Below, piece by piece: positions 30,322 through 40,163 of a stretch of DNA of 64,000 bases (position 1 is the first letter of the stretch; each line of letters starts with the position of its first letter). Origin of the DNA: Nannocystis bainbridge (GTDB lineage Bacteria; Myxococcota_A; Polyangia; Nannocystales; Nannocystaceae); the NCBI RefSeq assembly GCF_028368995.1, contig NZ_JAQNDL010000002.1, positions 1,568,001-1,632,000 of the forward strand, given 5' to 3'. The notes under the pieces are model-generated. The model saw only the letters and a list, made by a program, of their open reading frames with translations. It had not been told where the DNA came from and ran no database searches. A program made the position numbers and the translations under genes.

Positions 30322-32076
30322 GTGACAGCCGCCGATCCCCACGTCTCGCCCGCCGTCCTGGTCGTCACCCGCGACCCGGCCCTCTTCGACGACCTCCAGA
30401 GCCTGCTGCGCGCCCGCGGTCGCCCCGTCGTGCACGTCACCGATCTCACGACCGGCTACGACCGCGCGCGGATCGGCCTGTCGATCCTCGATACGTGCGA
30501 CCTCGTCGGCGTCGAAGAGGCGCTGGCCCAGCTCCCGCGGCCGATCCTCGCCCTCACCGACGACGACGGCCGCGCCGAGGTCCTGGTGGGCGCCGGCGCC
30601 AGCGACTTCGCCGTGCTCCCGTGCAGCCGCGCCGTCCTCTCGGCCCGGATCTCCGCCGCGCTCAAGCTGCGCGAGCGCGTCGTACCTGCCCTTTCGGACA
30701 GCCAAAGCTCGCTCCAGACCCTGCTCGCCAACCTCCCCGGCGTCGTCTATCGCTGCGCCAACGACGAGGAGTGGTCGATGCAGTTCATCAGCGAGGGCTG
30801 CTACGACCTCACCGGCTACTCCCCCGAGGAGTTCACCTCCGGCCGCGTCAATTTCCTCGGCCTCATTCACCACGAAGATCGCGACCGCACGCGCGAGCAG
30901 GTCCAGCAGGCCCTGACCGACCGCCGCCCGTTCCGCGTCACCTACCGCCTGCACACCGCCACCGGCGCCTGCAAGTGGCTGTGGGCTCAGGGCCAGGGCG
31001 TCGCCGGGGCCGGCAGCGAGGCGAACGCGATCGAGGGCGTCATCACCGACCTGTCCGAGCTGCGCCAGACCAAGCGCGAGCTCGAAGAGCGCGAGCTCCT
31101 GCTCGAGACCCTGCTCGCCGTCACCGAGACCGCCTACATTTTGTGTGACGAGCACGGCGCCGTCGACTACGCCAACCTGGCCGCGCAGACCTGGCTCAAG
31201 ATGCCCGACAGCCGCCTGGTCGGGGCTCGCTTCGCCGACCTCTTGACCGGCCTGCCCAACGAGCTGCGCGAGGCCGTCGGCCGCGGCCGCGACTCGATCT
31301 TCACCGTCGACCACCAGGGCGGCGACTTCGAGGCCTACCACCTCGTCATGCGCAACGTGCAGATCAGCGGCCGCCCGCACACCGCCTACGCCTTCAAGCG
31401 CCTGACCCGCGAGCTCGCGCGCCAGGAGGTCGAGGTGTGGAAGAAGGTCATCCGCCTGATCGCCCACGAGATCAACAACACCCTCGCGCCGATCTCGTCG
31501 CTGCTGCACTCCGCCCGCCTGATCAACGCCGCCGAGGCCCGCGACGCCCGCCTCGACCGCATCATCGACACCATCTCCGAGCGCAGCAAGCACCTCGGCG
31601 AGTTCCTCAAGGGCTACACCCAGTTCGCTCGCCTGCCCCGCCCGCGGCTCGAGAGCACCAAGTGGCGCAGCCTCATCGACCGCCTCGACGGGCTGGTCCA
31701 GTTCAAGATCGACGCCGCGCCCGAAGACCTCAACACCGTCAACGCGGTCGACCGCAGCCAGATCGAGCAGGCCCTCATCAACCTGCTGAAGAACGCGGTC
31801 GAGTCCGGCGGCCCGCCCGAAGAGGTCACGCTGCGCCTCCGCGCCCACCGCGAGGGCGACGAGATCCAGGTCCTCGACCGCGGCCCCGGCATCCCGCCCG
31901 AGCAGCTGCCCAAGGTGCTGCTCCCGTTCTACTCGACCAAGCGCACGGGCACCGGCCTCGGCCTGCCCCTGTGCCGCGAGATCATCGACGCCCACGGCGG
32001 CACCCTCCGCATCGAAGCCCGCGAGGGCGGCGGCACGGCCGTGATCCTGTGGATCCCGCGCCTGGCAGCCGCCTGA
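30322..32076 (+). CDS. PAS-domain sensor histidine kinase
   Basis: NLPGVVYRC...FISEGCYDLTGY (PAS), AHEINNTL (H box), NLLKNAVE, DRGPGI, PFYSTK, GTGLGL. Confidence 0.92.
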   Translation: MTAADPHVSPAVLVVTRDPALFDDLQSLLRARGRPVVHVTDLTTGYDRARIGLSILDTCDLVGVEEALAQLPRPILALTDDDGRAEVLVGAGASDFAVLPCSRAVLSARISAALKLRERVVPALSDSQSSLQTLLANLPGVVYRCANDEEWSMQFISEGCYDLTGYSPEEFTSGRVNFLGLIHHEDRDRTREQVQQALTDRRPFRVTYRLHTATGACKWLWAQGQGVAGAGSEANAIEGVITDLSELRQTKRELEERELLLETLLAVTETAYILCDEHGAVDYANLAAQTWLKMPDSRLVGARFADLLTGLPNELREAVGRGRDSIFTVDHQGGDFEAYHLVMRNVQISGRPHTAYAFKRLTRELARQEVEVWKKVIRLIAHEINNTLAPISSLLHSARLINAAEARDARLDRIIDTISERSKHLGEFLKGYTQFARLPRPRLESTKWRSLIDRLDGLVQFKIDAAPEDLNTVNAVDRSQIEQALINLLKNAVESGGPPEEVTLRLRAHREGDEIQVLDRGPGIPPEQLPKVLLPFYSTKRTGTGLGLPLCREIIDAHGGTLRIEAREGGGTAVILWIPRLAAA

Positions 32077-32148
32077 CCCGAAGAGCATGCGCGAACGGCC
32101 ATGCTCGAAAGGGCATGTCCCCGAGGACATGCCCTCCGGGACACGCTC
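32069..32148. repeat. 14-bp palindromic-unit array between convergent genes
   Basis: Junctions at 32072, 32086, 32100, 32114, 32128, 32142. Confidence 0.9.
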
Positions 32149-32157
32149 AGCCGGCGC

Positions 32158-32640
32158 CTACAGGTTCGACTGGATCTCCTTGAACAGGCGCTGCCACAGC
32201 TCGCGCTCGCCCTCCGGCCCCTCGAGCACCCACACCTTGTCGCCGCTGACGTCGCGCTCGCCCATGAAGACCTTGGGATCCGCGGTGACCGCCGTGCTCG
32301 CCCCGTCGCTCGACTCGAGGCGGAGGTAGTACTGGCGGGTGAAGTCGATCGCCTGCGCCGAGTAGTTCCCGCCCACCGCCATCGCGCGGATGAACTTCCG
32401 CTCGGTCTTGATGATCCCCTTCTCCTCGTTCGCCACCGCGATGGGATAACCGAGCGTCTTGAGGGCGTCGAGCGTGGCCTTGAACACCTCCGCGGGCGGG
32501 TCCGCGAAGGTATGCGTGCCATGGGTCTGGACCTCCTCCGGCGTGATGACCGAGGCCTTGCTACCGGCGCAGCCTGTGAGCAGCGGAGCCCCGGCCAGGG
32601 GCAGCGTGAGGACAATGGAACCTACGAGATTACGGAGCAT
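32158..32640 (-). CDS. Putative lipoprotein
   Basis: Lipobox LLTGC; strong coding bias. Confidence 0.75.
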   Translation of the reverse strand: MLRNLVGSIVLTLPLAGAPLLTGCAGSKASVITPEEVQTHGTHTFADPPAEVFKATLDALKTLGYPIAVANEEKGIIKTERKFIRAMAVGGNYSAQAIDFTRQYYLRLESSDGASTAVTADPKVFMGERDVSGDKVWVLEGPEGERELWQRLFKEIQSNL

Positions 32641-32689
32641 CGCACCGGACGGTATCACCCGTGTCGCCCGGCGCCAATCATCGCGCCCG

Positions 32690-33430
32690 TCAGAACCCGA
32701 TCTTGCGCATCACGAAGCGCGGCAGCCAGCGGATCACCAGCATCACCCAGCGCCAGATCGACGGCGTGTACACCACCGGCAGCCCGCCGTCGATCGCCCG
32801 CAGCACCTGCTGGGCCACCGCCTCCGGCTCACCCGCGAACGGCGGCGGCTTCAGGCCCGCGGTCATCCCCGTCTTCACGAACCCGGGCTTGACCGTCACC
32901 GTCTTCAGCCCTTGCGCGCGGAACTTGTGGTCGAGCCCCTCGAGGTAGCGCGACAGCCCGGCCTTGGCCGCCCCGTACAGCACCACAGGCTTGCGCCCGC
33001 GCTCGCCGGCCACCGACGAGAACACGCACAGCGTCCCGCCCCCGCGCGCCAGCAGCCGCTTGCGCGCGTGCTCGCAGAACACCACCGTGCCGGTGAAGTC
33101 GACCGCCAGCACCTGCTCCGCCAGCGCCGCGTCGGCCTCCATCGCCTCCTGCGTGGCGAACAGCCCGGCCGTCACCACCACCGTGTCGAACCCGCCGAGC
33201 GCCGCCTCGGCAGCGTCGAGCGCCGCCGCGAACGTCGACGACACCGCAAGGTCGCACGCGTGCGTCCCGACGACTGCGTGCTGCGGGTGTCGGGCCGCCA
33301 GGTCGGCCGCGCTGCGCTGCAGCTCCTCGGCCTCGCGCCCGAGCAAGAACAGCTGATCGCCGCGCTCGCTCATCCGTCGCGCCAGCGCGCGGCCCATCCC
33401 CTTGGTGGCTCCGAGGAACACCACTCGCAT
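32690..33430 (-). CDS. Short-chain dehydrogenase, DprE2-like
   Basis: LGATKGMG, SSVAGERGR, YGAAK, VKPGFVKT; directly downstream of a DprE1-like gene. Confidence 0.88.
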   Translation of the reverse strand: MRVVFLGATKGMGRALARRMSERGDQLFLLGREAEELQRSAADLAARHPQHAVVGTHACDLAVSSTFAAALDAAEAALGGFDTVVVTAGLFATQEAMEADAALAEQVLAVDFTGTVVFCEHARKRLLARGGGTLCVFSSVAGERGRKPVVLYGAAKAGLSRYLEGLDHKFRAQGLKTVTVKPGFVKTGMTAGLKPPPFAGEPEAVAQQVLRAIDGGLPVVYTPSIWRWVMLVIRWLPRFVMRKIGF

Positions 33431-33477
33431 GCCCCGCGAGGCTCGCAGGTGCCGCGCACCGGCGCAAGGGCTCGCGC

Positions 33478-34815
33478 TCAGGGCGGGTCGCCGAACATCC
33501 GCACCGACTGGGCCGAGCGGACCACCCGCTGCGGGTCGATGCGATCACGCACCGCCAGGAACTGCGGCAGCCGCGGGTCCATCGCCGCGTAGTGGTCCGG
33601 CCGGGTGAACGCGTCCTTCGACAGGTAGATGCGCCCGCCCTCGGCGATCACCAGCTCGTTGAGCGCGTCGATCAACCTCTGCGTGTCGTCGCGGACCGCG
33701 AAGTCGACCGCGATCGAGATCCCCGGGCGGAGGAAGCTGAGCATCCCCTGCCCCTCCGCCGCCGCGTCCTTGATCACGCACAGGAACGACGCCCCGCCGC
33801 GGCGCGTCAGCAGATCGAGGAAGCGACGGGCCGCGCCGTGACCGGCCTCCTCCGGCAGCACGCACTGGTACTGCGTGAACCCGCGACGGCCGTAGATGCG
33901 GTTCCACTGCAGGATCGCGTCGAGCGGGTAGAAGAAGCTGTCGGGGTGGCACAGCTTCTTCTTCACCCGCGGCACGTGGCGCCAGTACCACATCGTGTTG
34001 AACGCCTGCGTCGTCAGCTTCCAGCGCAGCACCCACTCGGGGAACATGACCGGCAGCGTCAGCCGGCGCGTGACCGGCAGCGATCGCCCGCCCGTCTCCT
34101 CCGGCGTGGCCCAGCGCCCGCGGTCGAGCAGCCCGCGGCCCATGTGCTTGCCGCGCGACAGGCAGTCGATCCACCCGACGGTGAACGGCCACGACTTGCC
34201 CGCCTCCTTGAGGCCGGCGATGAACTGATCGATGTCGTCGACCCGCTCGGACTCGCTCCAGATCCACGGCGACGGGATCGCCTGCGTCTGGCACTCGACC
34301 TCGAGGATGTGTCCCGTGAGGCCCATCCCGCCGACGGTGGCCCAGAACAGCTCGGGGTCGCGCTCCGGTGAACATTCGACCAGGTCGCCCGAAGGCAAGC
34401 GCATGCGCAGCGAGCGGACGTGACGCGATCCGAAGCAGCCGTGGCTGTGATGGCCCTTGCCGTGGACATCGGACGCCACCATGCCGCCGAGAGTCACGAA
34501 CTGCGTGCCCGGCGTCGAGCCGATGAACCACCCGCGGCGCAGGAACAAGCGGTTGAATTCCCACAGCGAGAAGCCCGCCTCCGCGCGCAGCAGCCCCGTC
34601 TGGCCGTCCCAGTGGAGGATGCGATCGGCCAGGCGCGTGCCCACGACCTCGCGGTGCGACGGCGGCGGCAGCGAAGAATCGCCGTAGGAGCGGCCGAGCC
34701 CGCGGCTGAGCACTGCCGCACGCGTCGCGCGCTCGAGATCCTCGCTCAACAATTCGCGCCCGGGCACTGCGAGGTTGCCCCATCCCGCCACTGTCGGCTC
34801 GCCGCGGTCGCTCAC
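33478..34815 (-). CDS. FAD-binding oxidoreductase, DprE1-like
   Basis: GWGN, RGLGRSYGD, TPGTQFVTLGGMVASDVHGKGHH, GGMGLTG, YGRRGFTQYQ, GGRIYLSKD. Confidence 0.9.
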   Translation of the reverse strand: MSDRGEPTVAGWGNLAVPGRELLSEDLERATRAAVLSRGLGRSYGDSSLPPPSHREVVGTRLADRILHWDGQTGLLRAEAGFSLWEFNRLFLRRGWFIGSTPGTQFVTLGGMVASDVHGKGHHSHGCFGSRHVRSLRMRLPSGDLVECSPERDPELFWATVGGMGLTGHILEVECQTQAIPSPWIWSESERVDDIDQFIAGLKEAGKSWPFTVGWIDCLSRGKHMGRGLLDRGRWATPEETGGRSLPVTRRLTLPVMFPEWVLRWKLTTQAFNTMWYWRHVPRVKKKLCHPDSFFYPLDAILQWNRIYGRRGFTQYQCVLPEEAGHGAARRFLDLLTRRGGASFLCVIKDAAAEGQGMLSFLRPGISIAVDFAVRDDTQRLIDALNELVIAEGGRIYLSKDAFTRPDHYAAMDPRLPQFLAVRDRIDPQRVVRSAQSVRMFGDPP

Positions 34816-34862
34816 GCGTCTGCAGTGTAGAGCAGCGTTCGCCCGTCCGCTATGCTCGCGCC
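34816..34862. promoter_or_regulatory. Candidate divergent -10 boxes for leaderless transcripts
   Basis: TACACT (minus strand, 34824-34829) lies 8 nt before the dprE1-like start; TATGCT (34851-34856) lies 6 nt before the FMN reductase start. Confidence 0.5.
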
Positions 34863-35474
34863 GTGCCCGCGGACAGCAGCGCCAAGATCACGATCGTAAG
34901 CGGCTCCAGCCGGCTCGAGAGCCGCGTTCACGCCGTGGTCGGCATCGCCGCCGACACCGCCCGAGCCGCCGGCGCCGAGGTCGAGGTCGTCTCGCTCCAC
35001 GACCTCGGCCTCCCCGTGATGGTCTATGGCGACCGCAGCCAGGACGATCTGCCCGGCGTGCAGACGATCCGCCGCCACGCCGCCTGGGCCGACGGCTTCG
35101 TCATCTGCACGCCCGAGTACCACGGCAACATGTCGGGCTGCCTCAAGAACTGGTTCGACTTCCTCTACGAAGAGCTCGCCGGCAAGTTCGCCGGCGTGCT
35201 CGCCGTCACCGGCGGCGGCGGCGGCGACATGTCGATCACCGCGGTGAAGACCAGCTTCGCCTGGTGTCACGGCTTCACCCTGCCGTACCACGTGGCCGCG
35301 CGATCCGTCGATTTCGACGTCGAGGGCAACCTCTGCAACAACCTCGTCGCCGACCGGATCCGCCGCGTCGCCTACGACGTCGTCCGCTACGCCCCGGTCG
35401 TGCGCGGCACCTTCGAAGCGGCCCGTCGCCTCGGCCCCGGCGTCGAGGCGGGCGTCGCCGGCGCCCACACGTAG
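34863..35474 (+). CDS. NADPH-dependent FMN reductase
   Basis: SGSSRLES, WADGFVICTPEYHGNMSGCLKNWFD. Confidence 0.9.
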   Translation: MPADSSAKITIVSGSSRLESRVHAVVGIAADTARAAGAEVEVVSLHDLGLPVMVYGDRSQDDLPGVQTIRRHAAWADGFVICTPEYHGNMSGCLKNWFDFLYEELAGKFAGVLAVTGGGGGDMSITAVKTSFAWCHGFTLPYHVAARSVDFDVEGNLCNNLVADRIRRVAYDVVRYAPVVRGTFEAARRLGPGVEAGVAGAHT

Positions 35475-35609
35475 CCGCGACGCGCCTCGCCTCGCGCCAC
35501 GCCTCGCCGGAGCCTCGCGCGGAGGTCGCCATCGGCCCCGCTCGCGCGTGCTGCAACTCTCGCGGCCGCGATCGTGAGCGCGCGGGCGCGTGATATCGTG
35601 CCCGGCGTC

Positions 35610-36089
35610 ATGACCACGTCCATCGAAGGCGCCCCTGCCGGGCTCGTCGTCGCCGACGAGCAGGCCGCCGCCGTCCACTTTCTCGTCGACGAGGAGCTCT
35701 ACCCGCTCCCCGCGATCTACGGCGCCGCCTACGTCTTCATCGACCGCTGTTATGTCTTTTTGGACAGGCCCGAGCCCGCGCGCGTGCGCGTGGTCCTGAC
35801 CGCCAAGACGGGCGCGGCCGCCCCCGAGGCCCTGCGCGCGCTGATCGGCGAGTTCGCCAACGAGCTGCTCTCGTGCGCCTTCCGCCACCAGATCGCCCAG
35901 GACAACCGCGTCCTCATCGAGACCGCCACCATGCAGGCGCTGGCCGGCGCCATGGGCCAGCCCAGCCTCGACGACCTGGCCAAGTTCGACTTCAGCGACC
36001 AGGGCTTCGACGACCCGCTCGGGATCGCCATGTCGTGGGAAGAGAAGCACGGCCGCAAGGCGCCCAAGACCGGCGAGGGCGCGCCGTGA
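35610..36089 (+). CDS. hxsD: His-Xaa-Ser system protein HxsD-like
   Basis: VDEELYPLPAIYGAAYVFIDRCYVFL...GEFANELL pattern; upstream of an HxsB-like radical SAM gene. Confidence 0.75.
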   Translation: MTTSIEGAPAGLVVADEQAAAVHFLVDEELYPLPAIYGAAYVFIDRCYVFLDRPEPARVRVVLTAKTGAAAPEALRALIGEFANELLSCAFRHQIAQDNRVLIETATMQALAGAMGQPSLDDLAKFDFSDQGFDDPLGIAMSWEEKHGRKAPKTGEGAP

Positions 36090-36313
36090 CCGACGTGCAC
36101 GAGCTCCGCTTCTCCCGTCAGCTCTACAGCGGCGAGGCCGTCGACCAGGCCGTCAAGGCGTTCGCCCGCTTCGCCGTCTTCGAGCTCGAGCAGACCGACG
36201 ACGCCTGGGTCGTGCGCATGACCCCGAGCGACCCGAACCTGGCCCGTCGCCTGCGCGGCGAGCTCGGCAACCACGCTCTCGGCCTCACCGTCCAGCGCGG
36301 AGGCGCCAAGTGA
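36086..36313 (+). CDS. Second, short HxsD-like protein
   Basis: GTGA overlaps at both ends; MTDVHELRFSRQLYSGEAVDQAVKAF...GELGNHAL shows the same LY...A...GE.xN.xL pattern as the upstream gene. Confidence 0.7.
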   Translation: MTDVHELRFSRQLYSGEAVDQAVKAFARFAVFELEQTDDAWVVRMTPSDPNLARRLRGELGNHALGLTVQRGGAK

Positions 36314-37818
36314 ACCTGTCCCTTCAGCCAGCCCCCGCGCTCGTGCAGCTGCGCCCGCGCGCCGGCACCCAGGCCTACTTCCGCTGGCGCGCCGTCGGCG
36401 ACCGGGTCCTCGTCACCAACCTCGAGGGCAACTGGCTGCTGCTGAGCCAGCCCGAGTTCGCCGCCTTCCTCGAGGGACATGTCCCCGAGGACAGCGACCT
36501 CCACGCCCGCCTCAAGGCCGGCAACTTCCTGCGCGCCCACTACGACGTGCGCGCCGCCGCCGAGCGGATCCGGGCCCGCAAGAGCTTCCTCGCCGGCGGC
36601 CCCAACCTGCACATCCTCGTCGTCACCCTCCGCTGCAACGAGACCTGCGTCTACTGCCACGCCTCGCGCGCCAACATGGATCAGGTCCACACGGACATGA
36701 CCCGCGAGACCGCCGAGCGCGCGATCGACCTGGTGTTCCGCAGCCCGAGCCCGTTCGTCACCATCGAGTTCCAGGGCGGCGAGCCGCTCGTCAACTTCGA
36801 CGTCGTCAAGCACGCCATCGAGTACGCCGTCGACCAGAACCGCGTCCACGGCAAGCGCCTGCAGTTCACGATGGTCTCGAACTTCGCCCTGCTCGACGAC
36901 GCCAAGCTCGAGTACCTGATCGAGCACCGCGTCCAGCTGTGCACCAGCATCGACGGGCCCGAGAAGCTGCACAACGCCCAGCGCAAGCTGCCGACCCAGG
37001 ACGCCCACCAGCGGGCGATCCGCTGGATCACCCGCATCAACCAGGCTTACGAGGCCGCCGGCCTCGACCCGACCCTCTACCACGTCGAGGCCCTGCTCAC
37101 GACCACGCGCGAGACCCTGCCGCTGTGGAAGGAGGTCGTCGACACCTACGTCGGCCTCGGCTGCAAGGCGCTGTTCCTGCGCGCCATCGACCCGTTCGGC
37201 TTCGCCGACCGCACCCGCAAGCGGCTCGAGTACCCGCGCCACGACTACATGCAGTACTACCGCCGCGCGGTCGACTACATGATCGAGCTCAACAAGCAGG
37301 GCGTGCAGATCCTCGAGCGCTACGCCAGCATCTTCCTGACCAAGATCCTGCGCGGCGAGGACCCCAATTTCCTCGACCTGCGCAGCCCCTCGGGCGCCGG
37401 CATCGGCGCGCTGGCCTACAACTACGACGGCCAGGTGTTCACCTGCGACGAGGGCCGCATGCTGCACGAGATGGGCGACGACACGTTCCACCTCGGCGAC
37501 GTGCGCACCAGCAGCTTCCGCGACCTGGTCGGCCACGAGACGGTGCGGGCGATGACCATCGCCTCCAACCTCGACGGCCAGCCCGACTGCGTCCACTGCA
37601 CCTACCAGCCCTACTGCGGCACCATCCCCAGCTTCAACCACAAGAGCCAGGGCTCGATCTTCGGCCGCATGCGCGAGAGCAACGTCTGCGCGGTCCACAA
37701 GGGCATCCAGGACTACCTGTTCGAGAAGCTGGCCGAGGCCGACCCCGAGACCCTGGCGATCTTCGACCGCTGGACCACCGTCCGCAGCCGCGACCACTTC
37801 GTCCAGCCGGCCCCGTGA
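36310..37818 (+). CDS. hxsB: His-Xaa-Ser system radical SAM/SPASM maturase HxsB
   Basis: LHILVVTLRCNETCVYCHAS, IEFQGGEP, DLRSPSGAGIG, YDGQVFTCDEGRML, CVHCTYQPYCG. Confidence 0.88.
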   Translation: MNLSLQPAPALVQLRPRAGTQAYFRWRAVGDRVLVTNLEGNWLLLSQPEFAAFLEGHVPEDSDLHARLKAGNFLRAHYDVRAAAERIRARKSFLAGGPNLHILVVTLRCNETCVYCHASRANMDQVHTDMTRETAERAIDLVFRSPSPFVTIEFQGGEPLVNFDVVKHAIEYAVDQNRVHGKRLQFTMVSNFALLDDAKLEYLIEHRVQLCTSIDGPEKLHNAQRKLPTQDAHQRAIRWITRINQAYEAAGLDPTLYHVEALLTTTRETLPLWKEVVDTYVGLGCKALFLRAIDPFGFADRTRKRLEYPRHDYMQYYRRAVDYMIELNKQGVQILERYASIFLTKILRGEDPNFLDLRSPSGAGIGALAYNYDGQVFTCDEGRMLHEMGDDTFHLGDVRTSSFRDLVGHETVRAMTIASNLDGQPDCVHCTYQPYCGTIPSFNHKSQGSIFGRMRESNVCAVHKGIQDYLFEKLAEADPETLAIFDRWTTVRSRDHFVQPAP

Positions 37819-37884
37819 CGCCCTGCGCGTTCGGACATGTCCCCGGGGGCATGCCCGAATGAACATGGTCGATCGCACATGTCG
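37819..37884. repeat. 14-bp palindromic-unit array between convergent genes
   Basis: Junctions at 37822, 37836, 37850, 37864, 37878. Confidence 0.9.
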
Positions 37885-37909
37885 TCTGAGCCAGACGACG
37901 CCTCGACCG

Positions 37910-38182
37910 TCAGCCCTTCTCCGCCAGGTAGCGGAGCCAAAAGTCGACGTCGACGATGTTGTCCTCCGCGGTGATCTGCTCCGCGGTGCGCCGCCCGAGC
38001 CGCACGTTCAGCGCGTAGGCGGCGAGGTCGGCGGCGATGTGCCCGCGTCGCAGGCACTCGAGCAGATCGTCGATGCCGACCTCTTCCTGGCTCGCGTGCA
38101 CGATCGTGTTGGCCGCGGCGATATGGTCCAGCGGCGGCCGCTGGGGGTCGCGGATCGCCCGCAACGCTTCTGCCAGCTCCAT
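37910..38182 (-). CDS. Small hypothetical protein
   Basis: MELAEALRAIRD...; plausible codon usage; alternative start at 38245. Confidence 0.55.
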   Translation of the reverse strand: MELAEALRAIRDPQRPPLDHIAAANTIVHASQEEVGIDDLLECLRRGHIAADLAAYALNVRLGRRTAEQITAEDNIVDVDFWLRYLAEKG

Positions 38183-38252
38183 CCTGTAGTCGCTGTGTTC
38201 CCGGCGCCTCGCTCGCCGGCGCGCACGGCTGTGACGGTGGCTCATGCCGCCC

Positions 38253-39017
38253 TCAGCGCCCGCGCGCCAGCGGCCGCACTGCCAGCGTCAGCGCCAGGCC
38301 GACCAGCAGCGCCGCTGCCATGATCTGCAGCGTCGACGCGTAGAGCTCGACCCGCGCGCCGCCCGGCGGCAGCGCCTGCAGCCGCGCCTCGCGGATCGAC
38401 GTGATGAGGATCGGCCCCGCCACCCCCGCCGCGCTCCAGGCGGTCAGGATCACCCCGTGCACCGCGCCGACGTTGCGGGCCCCGAACATGTCGGCCAAAA
38501 ACGCCGGGATCGTCGCAAACCCGCCGCCGTACATCGTGAAGATCACGACCACTGCCAGCTGGAACAGCTGCCACTGCCCGCTCGCCGCCAGCTGCGGGAT
38601 CGCCAGGAACAGCCCCGCCTGGGCCGCGAAGAAGATCGAGAACACCGCCCGGCGGCCGATCCGGTCCGACAGCGAGGCCCAGAAGATGCGCCCGAACGCG
38701 TTGAAGCCGGCGATCACCGACACCATCGCCGCCGCCTGCTCGGGCGTGCGCTGGAACAGGTCCTGCATCATCGGCGACGCCTGGGCCAGGATCGAGATGC
38801 CGGCGCTGATGTTGATGAACAGCATCCCCCACAGCAGCCAGAACTGGCGCGTGCGGACCGCCATCGGCATCGTCAGCTCCGGCTCGCCGCCGGCCTGGAT
38901 GGCCTTCGGGACATGTCCATCCGGACACCAGCCGTCGGGCGGGCGGGCCAGCGAGCGCGCCGCGATCATCATCACCACGAAGTACACCGCCGCCAGGATC
39001 CACAGCGTCTCGGCCAC
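38253..39017 (-). pseudogene. 5'-truncated OFA-family MFS transporter (C-terminal half)
   Basis: TRQFWLLW, FNAFGRIFWASLSDRIGRR, MYGGGFATIPAFLADMFG and HGVILTAWSAAG. The ORF begins at about TM6, 16 bp after the stop of an unrelated gene. Confidence 0.75.
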
Positions 39018-39032
39018 CCCGACCGCCCGGAT

Positions 39033-40001
39033 TCAGCCGACGACCACCGTCAGCGTCACCGACTCGAGCGTGCCCTTGTCGGCGAACGCCGAGTCGCCGG
39101 CGCAGAAGCGCCAGGTGCCCGCGGACGGCTCGCCGGTGAAGTCGCCGAAGTCTTCGCCGGGCCCGGCGCCGGGGCTCGGCGCGAACTCGCAGACCCCGTC
39201 GTCGCGGCACACCGCCTCGTCGATGCCGAGCGAGTGGCCCATCAGCTCGGCGTCGGTCCCGTCGTTGTGGAACGTCACCGGCCACACCGGATCGATGTCC
39301 GAATTATTGATGCTGTCGGACATCCCGTCGTCGGCCTCCTCGGCGCCGCCCGGCAGGCTCATCAGCGTCAGCACCGTGCCCTCCGGGCTCCACAGCTTGA
39401 ACACCAGGTCGCCGACGTGCGGGTGGTCGGCCCCGATCTTCATGCGCACGTCGTGCACCACCCCCTCCTTGGCGATCGCCAGGTCGACGCACACCATCGA
39501 GCTCTGGTTGCCGTCGTAGAGGTCACTCGGGATCATCAGGCCCAGGTTCTCCAGCACCACCTCGGTGTCCTCGCCCTGGCTCTCGAATTTACAGCTCGGA
39601 TCGCAGCCGTCGCCGGGGATCAGGTTGCCGTCGTCGCACTGCTCGACGTCGTCGCGCACCAGCCCGTCGCCGCAGGCCGCCAGCTCGCACCCGGCCGTGC
39701 AGGCGGCGTCGTCGGCGTTGGCGGCCCCGAGGTCGCACTCCTCTTCGCCCTCGACGATGCCGTTGCCACACATGTCCGAGGGGCCAGGTCCGCTCGAGCT
39801 CGTCGTCGCCTCGCTCGTGGTCGGGATCGCGGGGTCGGTCGTCGTCGTCGGCTCCGTCTCCGCGCCGCTGGTCGTGCTCGTGCTCGTGCTCGCCGAGGTC
39901 ACGCCGCTCGCCGACATGCCGACCGACAGCCCGGTGTCGGCCTGGTCGTCGCCGCAAGCCGAGACCAACAACAGGAACGCGACGATGCTCCGCACGTGCA
40001 T
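39033..40001 (-). CDS. Lipoprotein with Myxococcales Cys-rich repeats and a proprotein-convertase P-like domain
   Basis: LVSAC lipobox, CGNG...EECD repeats, HPHVGDLVFKLWSPEGT...GTWRF...DKGTL. Confidence 0.82.
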   Translation of the reverse strand: MHVRSIVAFLLLVSACGDDQADTGLSVGMSASGVTSASTSTSTTSGAETEPTTTTDPAIPTTSEATTSSSGPGPSDMCGNGIVEGEEECDLGAANADDAACTAGCELAACGDGLVRDDVEQCDDGNLIPGDGCDPSCKFESQGEDTEVVLENLGLMIPSDLYDGNQSSMVCVDLAIAKEGVVHDVRMKIGADHPHVGDLVFKLWSPEGTVLTLMSLPGGAEEADDGMSDSINNSDIDPVWPVTFHNDGTDAELMGHSLGIDEAVCRDDGVCEFAPSPGAGPGEDFGDFTGEPSAGTWRFCAGDSAFADKGTLESVTLTVVVG

Positions 40002-40163
40002 GCCGCGGCGTATGGCACAGCCCCGCGCGCGTGCCAAGCGTGGCTGCCCTCGCTCGTGACGAGCCTTACGCCTGGCGACGCCGATGTCGGGCATCAACCT
40101 CTCGCGCCCATCGCCACGACGTCACCCTGATACCGGACGTGCAGGTCCGCCGGGCTCCAGGTG

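Noticed and set aside
26982-31148. Very long alternative ORFs (1388 aa here; also 11529..14399, 44600..47896, 21563..24061, 54436..57033, 54470..57055)
   Set aside because: Antisense or off-frame shadows of well-supported genes, expected at this GC content, with no recognisable motifs.
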